Source of the DNA: Chiloscyllium plagiosum
Lineage: Eukaryota
Length of the DNA stretch: 64,000 bases
Reading direction: 5' to 3'
NCBI RefSeq assembly: GCF_004010195.1
Contig: NC_057719.1
Location: 76,428,849-76,492,848, forward strand
Shown here: in pieces, positions 25,510 to 38,470 of the stretch
Numbering within the stretch: the stretch's first letter is position 1
How the letters are laid out: each line of letters begins with the position of its first letter
The notes under the pieces: generated by a model
Database searches by the model: none
Told to the model about the DNA's origin: nothing
What the model saw: only the letters and a program-made list of their open reading frames with translations
Made by a program: the position numbers and the translations under genes

Positions 25510-25985
25510 AAAATAAGCACTACCGCAGTTAGGCGGTAGTGTGGGGGTTAAATTTTTAAAAAAACTAAAAAAAAAGAAAAGAAGAAAAGAGGAAAAAAAA
25601 AGAAACAATGCACCTGCACTTTGTGTCTTTCACTGTGTCTCACACCTGCACCCACACACCATGGGGGCTGGGGAAAAAATAAGCACTACCGCAGTTAGGC
25701 GGTAGTGTGGGGGTTAAATTTTTAAAAAAACTAAAAAAAAAGAAAAGAAGAAAAGAGGAAAAAAAAAGAAACAATGCACCTGCACTTTGTGTCTTTCACT
25801 GTGTCTCACACCTGCACCCACACACCATGGGGGCTGGGGAAAAAATAAGCACTACCGCAGTTAGGCGGTAGTGTGGGGGTTAAATTTTTAAAAAAACTAA
25901 AAAAAAAGAAAAGAAGAAAAGAGGAAAAAAAAAGAAACAATGCACCTGCACTTTGTGTCTTTCACTGTGTCTCACACCTGCACAC
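25510..25985 (+). repeat. 166-bp tandem repeat (about 3 units) derived from the Tx1 3'UTR and A-tail
   Basis: aagcactaccgcagttaggcgg at 25515, 25681 and 25847. Confidence 0.95.
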
Positions 25986-26290
25986 GAAAAGAAAAAAAAA
26001 CAAACTAGCTAGGGCCTGGGTGTCCTTGGAGAAGGAGCATGCGGTGTCCACCAACACCCTGGAATTGTTCAGGGAGAGGTGGGCGCCGCAGGGAGTGGAG
26101 TGCATTATTTCCCCCTCCAACTCTACTTTGATTTAGTCCCTACCCTCCCCTTCACTGTTTTGATCACACAGCACTGTCCTTTGATGTGAAGGTGGTTGGG
26201 CGGGGGATGGTTCACCAGGATACAGAGCAGCGATCCAACTCCTTGTCATCGCACCCTCCCACCGCTGCTAAATGGCTCACTAGCAGCGCG

Positions 26291-26401
26291 TGTGATCTAC
26301 TGGTTATACTGGTCAGCCAAAGTTCTCCTGATTGACCTAGGTTAACCAACACAGTAAAGAATCTCATAGTAAATGAGGTCCACCTGGTTCCAATCACTAC
26401 A
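26291..26401 (-). mobile_element. LTR-like element, 5' half with TATA
   Basis: Reverse tgtag...ccaggtggacctc...gttaacctaggtcaatcaggagaactttggctgaccagTATAA aligns to 47217-47465. Confidence 0.65.
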
Positions 26402-27347
26402 TATATCTTTAAGTTTTATAATGCTCCTTGAACCACCTTGGGACATTTATTGCATTAAAGGGGTTTTACAAATACAATGTTTTTTATTATTATGGCAACA
26501 TTTTGAAATGCTTCTTAACCTTTGTTCAGATTACATTTGATATTTGACTTATCAGGAATCTATCTTTTTTTTTGTACTGGGGAACCTAGGTAAAAGGTGG
26601 AACGGAAAGCTTTATTCGTCTAGGATTGAACATTGATTACTTTTCTATATCTGGAAAGCTCCAAACCTGTCTGATATTCCTGGACAAATACCAAACAAAG
26701 TGGAATTGACCAATGCTCAGTTCTATTCCAGTTGATGGAGTGTAATGGGTGGCCTATTTTATCATGGCCATTTTACACTTGCAGTCGGAAATCACTCTCT
26801 ATTTCATAAATCTTGAGCAACCGTGGTCAAATATTAATGATCTTGTTTCATAATGCCAAGGTAAGTAATATAGGTGCTTTAATAAAGGATTCTAAAAATG
26901 CTTCTCCATCTCTGTCCTCACTCAATTTCACTCTTGTTGCCACATTGGAGGTGAGTTGTCTGCACAAGAATGCTCAACCACATCATAAGGTCTGAAGAGA
27001 ATACACATTCCATGCTAAATGACCCTCTTACAATTAGTTTCACCATTTTTCACAAGTTTTCCTGTCTTTCTCTGGCCTGTCAGTATATTGGTCATCAATC
27101 TTTTAAACATTGTTCTCATTCTTTCTAAAGTCCCAGTGTGCCAAATGCATATAAAGGTACAATTCAGGAGCAGGAGAAGGCCATTTAGCACACTCCATTA
27201 TCTGATAAAATCATTGCAGATCTGATTGTGTCCTCAATTCCACTTTCCTGCCTGCTATGTCCTGGAATTGTCTTGGTCGATTTATTTATCATAAGCTTCA
27301 TTCTTTAGGTAGAAAGATCATTTGCTGCTAATCCCTTTGGAACACTT

Positions 27348-27770
27348 AGAGTCATATAAGCATGGAAACATACCCTTTGATCCAACCAGTCCATGCCAAA
27401 CATAATACCAAACTAAACTCGTCTCACCTGCCTGTTCCTGCCCCAAATCCCTCCAAACCTTTCCTATTCAAGTACTTATCTATGTGTCTTTTAAACTTTG
27501 TAATTGTACCTGCATTCATCACTTCCTCAGGAACTTCATTCCACACATGAACCACTCTTTTGTGTAAAACATTTGCCCCTCATGTCTTTTTTCAAATCTC
27601 TCTCCTCTCACCTTAAAAATATGCCCTTCATTCTTGAAATCCCCCATCCTAGGGAAAAGACACCTACTGCTTACCCTATCTATACCCCTCATGATTTTAT
27701 AAATCTTTAAAAGGTCACCTCTCAACTTACTACACTCCAGTGAACAAATCCCACTATATCCAGCCTTGCT
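27348..27770 (-). mobile_element. CR1 3' fragment
   Basis: RGDLLKIYKIMRGIDRV...GHIFKVRGERF. Confidence 0.85.
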
Positions 27771-28094
27771 TTTGACAAATTTGGCGAAGTGGTTTGGAAT
27801 TTCAGTGCCACTAACATTTGTTGGTGCTTATTTTGGATTTACGATATGGGTGAATTTCCCAAAATGGTTACTGCTCATACACTTGGAAACTGAAGTTATT
27901 TCACCCATGTGTTGAAAATTGCGGGAAAATAAATTATTTCTGGGACACATCAGCAAAAAAACCTCTAAAACCATCTTTTAACTGAGCCAGGGCAATAGAA
28001 CATGAGTCAGGTATGTCAAGAGTGAATTTTGAACTGACTCTGGGAGGTTTGCCTTAACACACAGTGATCATACAGCTGTTGTAGCTTGTTGACT

Positions 28095-28372
28095 TTAAGA
28101 TGAGAGGGGAAAGATTCAAAAGGAACCTGAGGGATAACTTTATCATGCAGTACGTGTATGAAGTGAGCTGTCAGAGGAGTTGATGAAGGCAGGTACAATT
28201 ATAACACTTATAAGGCATCTGGATGTAAATAAATAAAAAGGGTTTAGAGGGATATGGGTCAAATGCTGGCAAATGGGATTGGATCTGTTTAGGGTATCTG
28301 GTCAGTGTGGACACATTGTATTGAAGGTTCTGTTGTCCGTACTCGGTGACTCTATGGCTCTGTGAATCTATG
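28095..28372 (+). mobile_element. CR1/HER1 3' end
   Basis: gggtttagagggatatggg...aaatgctggcaaatggga...gactctatg tail. Confidence 0.8.
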
Positions 28373-28774
28373 ACGTCCTGTCATCATCAGTTCTCTTCCA
28401 TTCTTAAAAGCTAAACTAAATACATTGTCTTCTCATCTAATTTCCCAGATCTCCTGTAACTCCCTATCTCTTTCCATGCTCCCATCAACAACAGCAAATG
28501 TTGATATGACATCATAAATTTACATAGCGTATTAAAGTGTCCCAGGGATTTTCGCAGGACTGTAATCAAGCAACAACTGATCCAAAGAGGCAGCTGTCAG
28601 GAGGCAGCTGGAAGATTAGTGGAGGAGAAGAATTTAGGAGACGTCTTAAAGATGGAGATGCAGTTCCTACAGTCTTCAGCCTTTGAAGTTCATGTTTGTT
28701 ATCACCGTATTTAAATTTATCTTCTGCTCTTTTTAATATTGGCTCAGAAATCTGGACAATATATTTCCACTTCA

Positions 28775-28921
28775 AGACTAGAGTGGTGCTGGAAAAGCAC
28801 AGCAGGTCAGGCTACATCCAAGGAGCAGGAAAGTCGGATGCTGCCTGACCTGCTGTGCTTTTCCAGCACCACTCTAATCTTGACTCTGATCTCCAGCACC
28901 TGCAGTCCTCACTTTCGCCTA
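28775..28921. mobile_element. Penelope-like inverted fragment
   Basis: gagtggtgctggaaaagcacagcaggtcaggc / gcctgacctgctgtgcttttccagcaccactc. Confidence 0.7.
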
Positions 28922-31049
28922 ATATATTTCCACCTGTGTAACTACCAACAGCCCTAATTCACTTTGTCACTGCTACTTTTGTCTCTCCAGGTCTAACATT
29001 TCCAACATTTACCCTGTCATTTTCACCTTCATCCAACACAACCTCTATGTCATCCAACGTATTATATATTCTAAGCTGCCCTGTCCCAAATGCTATCTTT
29101 ACTGACCTCCACTGAGGCTCTATCACTACTGTTTTCAAGAGCAGCATTCTCCTTTACAGATCTACGCATGGCCATGCCAAAATCTCAGCTCTCACTGTCC
29201 CCATTGTCCATACTGGCTGTGTGGAGTTACACATTCTCCCCATGTCTATGTGGGTTTTCTCCAGGAAATTTGGTTTCCTTCCATCTTTCAAAGACGTGCA
29301 GGTTGGGTGAAATGTCCCATCATGTCCAGGGACATTTCTCATTCATGAACATATCCAAATGTCTTTTTAATACTATAGCTATACCTGCATTCAGCATTTC
29401 CTCTGGAACTTGATGGGCCAAATGGCCAGCTTCTGTACTGTCGGGACTCTATGACATTCATTGGCCTGCTGAATGTTTTTCATTTCCTCTCTCACTCTGT
29501 TTTAGTTAAACAGTAACTGATGTTGTGAGTCCTGTAACAATTTTTGTTTAATTTACAATTGTCCATATAGCATGCACGGAACAGCTATATCAAAGTATTT
29601 AGAAGTGGATTAAAAGATCATTTTTAACAGATGAGGATTTGTTAGAATGCCAGCTTGGCCATTGAAGAATTATAACAGATGATACCACATGAACAGCTAA
29701 TTGTCCTGTGCCCAATGCCAAAACAAGATTGCAATGGAATTAATACTTCAGCAACACCAAGTTAACATGTTCTGTCTCCAGCACCTGATAGTAGATAACA
29801 ATAATAATCGTGGATGAACACTCTGAGGTATGAAATTCAGCTCTGTTGAATCCAATTGCTTTCTTAAGATACCCACTATACTGTCAGCTGCTTCTGGCAT
29901 ACCCTGTGTGAGATATCTTCCTCAAAATTTACTTCCTAAACATTACTTCTTTCCTTATGTTAATTTATTTCAATTCCACAACCTCACAAGAGGAAGTCTC
30001 AAAGAGACTTCTGTGTCTTCTTTGCTGAAGACTAACTATCTATTTCTGATTAAAAATTCTCCTGTCTCTGCCTGTACTGGAATATTACTTGGCTTTCCTA
30101 ATCTTGTCCTTTTTACATACTTATTTTTACAACTCGTTTTCACGTTTCTTCCTATTTTATTTCATATTGTTTCTCTTTATTTTTTTTGGTCCATCCTTAC
30201 TGAATTTTAATATTCTCCAAGTCTTCAGGCTCTCAACATTTTTGATAACTTTTTAAGCCTGTATTTGGTTCTGATACTAGCTTTAGCTCCTTCTGTTAGC
30301 CATAGTTCTGTTGATGTTCCTTATTTTAGTTATATTTGCCTTAAATTAATGCACATTTTAAAAAAATTGACTGATTCTTTAAATACTAGCCATTGCTTGT
30401 CCACTATAAAATGTCCTAATACATTTTTCCAATTTACCACAATAACTCTCTCCTCATACATTTAAAATTGCTTAGATTTTTGACCTTAGATTGAGATTGA
30501 CCGATATTTTCTTCAGTCTTAATAGAAACTTCTGTCACGTTATGGTCACTATTGCTTACGTGTTCTTTTACAACCATATTATTAATGAGTCATTTCTCAT
30601 TGCAAAATCCAAGATCCGAGATAGAGCCTGTTCCCCAGTTGGTTCCTCAACATATCACTCCAGATATATATTGCTCACACATATTCCAGAAATTCTTCCT
30701 CCAAACCATTGATGCTCATTAGATTTACACAAGCAATGGCAGGCTGGTGTCCCCAGGTGCATTCCCTGAAGGCTTTGAGAAATGTAGTCCCTAAAAGGAA
30801 AGATGTGCTTTTTCATCTATCCAGAAGAAGAAATCTTTCAAAAGGGTGACAGAGGTTAGCAGGTGACTGTCACAAGGAGAACATTGGTTCATTGCAGAAA
30901 ATATTTAAATAATTTGATAAGGTCTGGAAAGGCAAGTGGCAAACAAAATAGAAGATGTACAGAAAATGCTTAAGACAAAGATGACTTAGAAAGGTGTCTT
31001 GGATTCTTCAACTTTTTAAACCTATATATTCCAAACTTGGGACCAAAGG

Positions 31050-31735
31050 ATCTCTTCTTCAAAATCTTCTCAATGAAGACACACCATATATATGGCAGGA
31101 AGACAGAGTCATGTAGCATGGAAACAGGCCCTTCAGTCCAACTCATCTATGTCACGAATGTATGTCTCAATCTCAAAAAGATGTTTTATCATTCAACAAA
31201 TGTGTACCCCGACATTATGATCTTCCAAGCTCACCACATTGGAAATAAATGCATTAGAGAAAGAGTTCAAAATGTGAATACGACAGGGTGGCAAACCCAT
31301 TGCATCTGGTTCTAAGACTCTTACGACAGTTCAGGCTAACACTCCAACACTGAAAAAAGACTGCAGCTTCAGTTTTCAGGATACAACAGTTTCACATGTA
31401 CCTACTTGACAAGTAGTTCATTGTTTATTCCAACCTCAACCTCACACATGCACCATGACTACAATATCTGCCTGTGAAGATTCAAGGTAGAAGTACCAAA
31501 CAAACTAAGTTCCCAAATAACCTTTTCCAATGATTTTAGCAGACTTCCAAACCCCATGAAGAACATTTGGTTGACAAACTATTGAATCTGAACTGGAATA
31601 CAGTCTCCACATTGACCTCGTAGATTTTGGTCACATCCAAACACAACAGATTCAGCAAATTGGATCAGATCATGACCAATTGCAACAGCTCAAAAAAACC
31701 ATCAACAGCAGGTGACCTAAGTGCATCTCTGAGGT
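31050..31735 (+). mobile_element. Decayed Gypsy pol (RNase H region)
   Basis: QGGKPIASGSKTLTTVQAN.SNTEK....VF..QQFHMYLL at about 31284-31410; DFSRLP; QLQQLKKTI. Confidence 0.7.
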
Positions 31736-31744
31736 ATTCTTTTT

Positions 31745-32105
31745 AAAATTTAGTCACGGGACATGGATGTTGCTGGCTCAGCCAGCATTTATTGCCTAGT
31801 TGCTCTTGAGAAGGTGGTGGTGAGCTGCCTTCTTCAAGTGCTACAGTCCATGTGCTGTAGATAACCCTCAAGGGTTGGAATTCCAAGGTTTTGAGCCAGC
31901 AGCAATGAAGGAATTGCAATATATTTCCAAGTGAGGACAGTGAGTAGTTTGGAGGGGAACTTGCAGTTGGTGGTATTCCCATGTATCTCCTACCTTTGTC
32001 CTTCTCGATAGAAGTAGTCGTGGGTTTGGAAGGTGCTGTTTAAGGGTCTTTGTCAAACATCTGCAATGCATCTGGTAGTACATGCTGCTGCTACTGAGCA
32101 TTGGT
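31745..32105 (-). mobile_element. CR1-like LINE 3' fragment (old family)
   Basis: KQHLPNPRLL...SFIAAGSKPWNS; same family as 42800-43275. Confidence 0.75.
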
Positions 32106-33811
32106 ATGTTCGTTCTGAGCATTTAGAGACAAATTAGTACTTTCCAAAAGTGTAGTCTTCAAAGGCAAACAAGCTATAATTTTGCAAGCTCTATATCAAG
32201 ATACACCAGACCACAGATCTTATAGGTCAAATAAGAACAGAAAAGAATCAAGAGGTTGGCACATGAATCCAAATCCAGTAAAATATATTTACCATGAATA
32301 CTAAAGGAACGTTGTCATAAGATTGGGTTTGATACATTGAACTAACAGGAATTGACATCCACCAATTTCAGTACCCAAGCTAAGTGAATTCTCATGTAAC
32401 CAGCAATCTGAAAGGTACCTCCCTTGGCATGTGGTGGTTCTCCCATAATGCAACAGTCCAAGATTCAAAAGGGGAAATCAGAATTGTGACTTCTTGAAGG
32501 ACTTACTAAGGCAGAGTGACTTACTGACCAGAGACAGAATGAATGCAAGCTCACAGAAAGAAGAGTATGAATCTTACCCTTGCAGAATGGAGGAAGTTGT
32601 TGACCTTCTTCCTTCATTGCTGGCTATTTCTCTGGACTGTGGAAACAGCACTGACCTAGTTGACCACTTTGGACCGAATAGTGCCAGTAGGTGTTTCTTA
32701 TTTCTGCCACGGGTTACTTTTATAAAATAATGATATGGCACTAACTGGGGTATCTAAATGGAAATATCAATAGCTTCAAACAATTCAGCATCATTTGTCG
32801 AAATAAGATTAAAGGCTGCTCCCTATCACTGGAACAGTGAAAAAGATTGAGTCATCAGTTTAGATTCACTATTGTAAAATCAACAGAAATGTTTCAGTTG
32901 CAGTTAAGGCCTCTTGGGGGAAGCCAGGATTTTCTTTCAAGGAGTGCTCACAACCTACATTACTCATTGTTAGACATTTCCAGAATGGTTATCTAAGTCT
33001 AATGTTTAGCTTTTGAGTTAAACTGGATTCAAGAAATTCCCTCAAGTATAAATAGGTGTACATTCTCAACATCCTCGATGAAGTCAACACAACAGTATTA
33101 GCATGTTACGACCACTTGTGCAGTTATAACAAATTACCTCTCCCTTGAGTGACACCTCTGAATTGAATTAGATCACTTGTTCTTTCCAGTTTCTTGGAAT
33201 GATGTTTCTGTGCTTCTGAGTTTTGTTGAGGCAATGATACTGTGTTGGGGGTGGGGGGAAGGGGGTTGGTAATGAACAAAATTTGATTGTGTAGACTTAA
33301 GTACCTGTGATCTGCTCTTAAATTGAATCCTAGGTTACTCAGGGTTTTGCTTTGGCAAAAAAGAATTGCAACTTTAAATGGTTAGAGATTTTTCAATGTG
33401 TGTATCTTTTTAAACTGAAGCAAAGATTGATGTCGACTTTAAGTCATTAAAAAATAAACAAAAACATCTGATGGCTTTCCTTAGTTAGTCAAATAATATA
33501 TATATATTTTAAAAATTTTGAACATAAAAGAAGGCGATCCAATGTTTGCTCTGATAATCTATAATCCCTTTGTTCTCTATCTCTTTCTGTCACTTTCCCC
33601 CACCCTGATCTATGGGTCATCTGGGGCACAAGTGTAACATGCTTATGGCTTCGGTCAATGACAATCTGAGATAACTGCTCAAAGGCCCACAACGTAGCCT
33701 GGGGTTAACAGCTATTTTACGAAATGCCTTTGCCCTGCAGATAAGCATCTAGCCTTCACTTAACTCAGTGGGGGAGTTGGGAGTAACTGGGAACTTCACT
33801 CTCATGCTGCA

Positions 33812-34380
33812 ATGCCATTATGTTGCAGCTGTACAGGTTATTAGTTAGGCCACTTTTGGAATACAGGTTCAAATCTGGTCTCCCAGCTATAGGAAAGATG
33901 TTGTCAAACTTGAAAGGGTCAGAAAAGAATTGCAAGGATGTTGCCTGGCTTGGAAGGTTTGTGCTATAGGGAGAGGCTGAATAAGCTGAGACTATTTTTC
34001 CTGGAGTGTCAGAGGTTGAGAGATGACCTTATAAATCATGAGGTGTATGGATAGGTTGAATAGTCAAGGTCTTTTTCCCAGAGTAGGGGAGTCCAGAACT
34101 AGAGGGCATAGGTTTAAGGTGAATGGAGAAAGATATAAAAGGGATTTAAGCGGCAACATTTTCATGCAGAGGGTGGTGCGTGTATGGAATGAGCTGCCAG
34201 AAGAAGTGGTGGAGGCTGGTCAAATTACAAGATTTTAAAGGGTAAATGATTAGGAAAGATTTAGAGGAATAGGGACCAAATGCTGGATAGTGGGTCTAGA
34301 TTAATTTAAGATATCTGGTCAGTTTGGATGAGTTGGATGGAAGGGTCTGTTTCCATGCTGTATATCTCTATACTCTATGA
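33812..34380 (+). mobile_element. CR1/HER1 3' fragment
   Basis: GLFPRVGESRTRGHRFKV...WNELPEEVVEAG. Confidence 0.88.
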
Positions 34381-37300
34381 ATGAATGCTCAGCAGGAATG
34401 AATTGATTCATTTTTATCATGAGTACCTCAGCTGTAAGCTAAATGCTAACGTTCCCAGGATGTCTTTATCTCTGATGGATTCACTGCAGCTGAACAGGAG
34501 ACACTATAGGAAACTTCCTTTTAATATTGATTTTGAACGTTAAAAATCACACAACACCAGGTTATAGTCCAACACCGGCATCTCCAAATCAGATTTTGAA
34601 CGTGATTCTTTTTCTCCATTGAGCATCAGCAAAGTTCAATATCATTCCTCTTGTGCGATGCTTTAAACCATGCATCTGAATTGATAAGAGATTCCAGGAA
34701 ATGTTATTGCAATCTTTCCACATATGCTACTTTACTGTTCTCTGACTTGTTGTCACCTGGGTGATTGCATTCCAGTTAAAAAAACATATGCCTTTCTGAC
34801 AGCAAGTCTCTTGGCACTTTAATAAGGTGCAACTGCAAATCCAGTCATAAAACTTGCACTCCATTTCCTGCAGCAATTTCCCTTGCAAAATTCAATTAAA
34901 TGATTCAAACTCACTCTGCCTTTACAAACCCATGTTGATAGTCAATGTTTTTGTTTTGAAACTTCATTTTGTTGTGGCTAAATCACCACAGCTTACCTTC
35001 AATTTGGTTGCTTATTTAGAAATCTCACAGACAATTAAGTACTGAAACAATTACTTAAACTTTATTGCACATAGCAACCAAAATAAGACCCCTCAAGTAA
35101 GCAAGTTAAGTCTCATAATTCAACTTGGCTTTCACCTGATTAATGGTAGAACTTAGCTGCAATTCCAACCAGCTATGTCTGTCTCTGATGTCCAAGGTTT
35201 GATCCTTGTGCAGTGTTGTTCTTTGAAGTTCTGCTGCTGAGGAATTCTGGTGGTTGGATTCTTACACAGTTTTTTTATCCCTCATGTCCATGGTATGGCA
35301 TTACTGATTATCTTTTATATTGCAAATATTGCAAATTGGCAGCTTGCCTTCTTATCAGATGCAGCTTCTTCATTCCTTGTTGTTCTCTTCATGTGTAACA
35401 GTTTATCTGTGTTGATTCTTTCCATCTATAAATAGTTATTCAACTTCTGAAGTTTACACTATCACTTCATCCTATGTTAAAGCTTTACCCACAAAAGGAA
35501 ACTAATTGGCCCATTGTTTCTGAGCTAAACATGGTTGTGACATTAAATACTCTCCAGTCCTTTGACAAGTTTATTTTTTTTCCAAAAATGTCCTTGAAAA
35601 CTTCTGTTGACACTTCTATTTTCTCCTTCCCAAGATTCTTGAATGTGCCTGGTAAGTTTCAGGCTCACCTTTTAATTGTTTCTTTTAGTTGTCTGCAGCA
35701 TGATACTTTTGAATTCTCCTGAGGTACTGTTGTCATCCTGTCAAGAAAAGATGGGTTGGATGGTTAGACACTGATGAACATGACTGACATTGTTCTAATT
35801 ATCCAGTTTCATTGTTATTTGATTTCCATTACTACAGTTGTGAACTTTGATTGAATGTATTCTTGGAGGACTTCTTATCTTGAAACCTGCCCCACACTCC
35901 CACCATTGCTCAGCCAATGTGTAGATCAGTAGAACCCATTATTGCCTTCTCACAGCCAATGGACGTGAAACATTGATGTTTTAGGAAACGCAAGGTGAGA
36001 GACTGAATACATCTGAGTGAATATATTTACCATGACCATTAAAGGAACGTTGTTGTAAGATTGGGCTTGACCACATTGAACTAATCGGAATTGACTTTCA
36101 CCTTATTTCAGTACAAATGTTGTCAGGGGAACTTGGGAAGTGTAGAACAGGTTCTACTTATTGAAGTGCGGAGCTTTTAAAATATGGTCTTGGGCCTAAA
36201 ATGTGACCATCACAGTGCAGCACACAGTTTCATAAAGATGCTGATCTGCGCTTGGCCTGCAGGGGGCATTCTGGATTGTTGTGTGACATGAGGCGACATT
36301 GACCACCGGACGCTGCTTAGTAAACATAATTTTCAATATTCTCTGTACTTGAGGCCAGGCCAGTCTCTCAACGTCGCACCCGAACAATCAAGATGGAGAG
36401 AAATACAGAGAAGTAAGGCAGACAAAACTAGGAGCTCATTGTATGATTATATCACATGTTGCAGCATGCATGTTCTCTCTGTGCATAAACATAGCCATGC
36501 AAACCATTTCACAAGACCAACGTGTATCAGTTCCATCAGTTAAGTGCCTTCACAGCATGTTTTGGGAGGGATGGGGTAAAGGAAGCAACAATGTCTCCAC
36601 CAAGTGGCTGACCTGCAATGCCCTCCTCCCATAATCAGAGCCCAATATCACTGCTCCCCTCCCACCCACACTCAATCCAATTTCTTCTTACTCTGCAATC
36701 TTGCCTGCCCCTCCACCCCACGGAAACACTGGTAGCAAAGTCTCCCTCTGCTCTGTCATTCTGCCACAGGTTTGTACAGGAGACAGCTAGCCGCCCAATC
36801 AATTAAGCCTGGCTATTGGGCAGGAAACCTGTTGCAAGATGTTCAGCCCACTTTGCAGTTTTCCCTTTTCTAACCTCTCCCTGATATACCGAATGTGCTT
36901 CCAAGGTAATATCAGGGCCTAAATGCATTTGCAATCTGTAATTTGCAAACTAAATTCTACTCTATTTTGTGGAGAGATTTATGTTTCAGCAGGTGAATTG
37001 CCAATAAACTAGCTCAACGCTGAAATCTCTTCATCCAAAGTGCAAAGATAATTGGAAACAGAAGTTCTGTGAACCGGCACAATTTAGGCTTAATGAGGGA
37101 TATGTGGCTTGTTGAATCAAGGTGAGATTTGGTTATATTTGTTGCTCGATTAAAGTAAGCTCCAAATTTGCTGTGGTTTAACTTTGAGTCTTAAGTGCCT
37201 TGCAGGTCCACTGACTGACATTTATCAATGTTCGAAAAAAAATGGGTTCAAATGATAAAATAAAGTTGAATTTTGTTTGGTAAGTGGTGGGGTGAGTAAC

Positions 37301-38173
37301 ACCAACAGCCTACTCTTTGGAGAGAATATTGATAGCTTCCTGCATACATCATAAACCTACTTTATAAAAGTTACCACTAAAAGTACAAATAGAATAACAG
37401 CCATTTATTTTTGTATTCACAACTAGTAGGCCACAGTCTTTTTTTTTAAGATTGAAACTCCTGTAGAATGCTTAAGCACCAACGTTAACTTAAACAGAGA
37501 TAGAGAAGAAAAATTGTTGCAACAAGCTTGTTTGGCTGTGATCCATCACTGCAGTGAATGTGCAGACAGAATCCAGGCAGGGTGGCATACTTAAAGTGCC
37601 GGGCACTTGTTTTCTCTCAAACTGGGCAAACTGGACTGGTGAAAAGATTATTGATGAGTTTCCAGCTGTTATGGCTTTTGTTTCTTCAACAGCCTTCAAT
37701 GTTTGATTACTTTCTTGTGCTAAAGCAGTGCCTGGGAATTTGGCATTTCATAAATTTGCCTGGATAATTATATCAATGCCTGAGTCTCTGAACCTGAGCA
37801 AGGTCTGGGTGCATGGTGGGCTTACCATAATATGTGGGCATGTGGTGCTGTCGGAGCACTATATGCATTTACAGCATTCAGTGTAATACTTGGATGTGTG
37901 ACATTTCAAGTTAATATGTAGATATATGAAACTATCAGTGTAATATCGATCCAAGTTGCACATCTGGCTAACATCTCCATGGAAGCCAAATCCATGTTTT
38001 TAGTGTGGGGAGACCAGCTACAAGATGAGATTGGTGAGATTTGCCCTCTAGCATTGAGTATATCACCATCCATTCCTATTTGAGAATGTAGATGAAATCT
38101 GTACATATTTAATGGATACATTATTTAATTACTTTTCCCCCAAAATGTGCTACATCGCAATTTCTCTACTATA

Positions 38174-38470
38174 GATTAGATTCCCTACAGTGTGGAAACA
38201 GGCATTTCAGTTCAACAAGTCCACACCAACCCTCCAAAGGGTAACCCACCTCCCTCTGACTAATGCACCTAACACTATGGGCAATTTAGCATGGCCAGTT
38301 CACCTAACCTGCACATCTTTGAAAGGTGGGAGGAAACCAGAGCACCCGGAGGAAACCCGCACAGATACGGGGAGAATGTATAAACTCCACAGAGACACTC
38401 ACCCAAGGTTGGAACTGAACCCAGGTCCCTGGAGCTGTGAGGCCGCAGTGCTAACCATCAGGCCACTATG
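38174..38470 (-). mobile_element. HE1-type SINE
   Basis: Reverse match to 14768-15185. Confidence 0.85.

Larger units (their letters stand above)
22787..26190 (+). mobile_element. Tandem array of many truncated Tx1-like LINE 3' ends separated by A-tracts
   Basis: Recurrent ARAWVSLEKEHAVSTNTLELFRERWAPQGVECII coding end plus a 3'UTR with aataaa and poly(A). Confidence 0.85.

Noticed and set aside
22787..26190. Literal CRISPR array
   Set aside because: The units are variable-length LINE 3' ends with poly(A), and no cas genes are present
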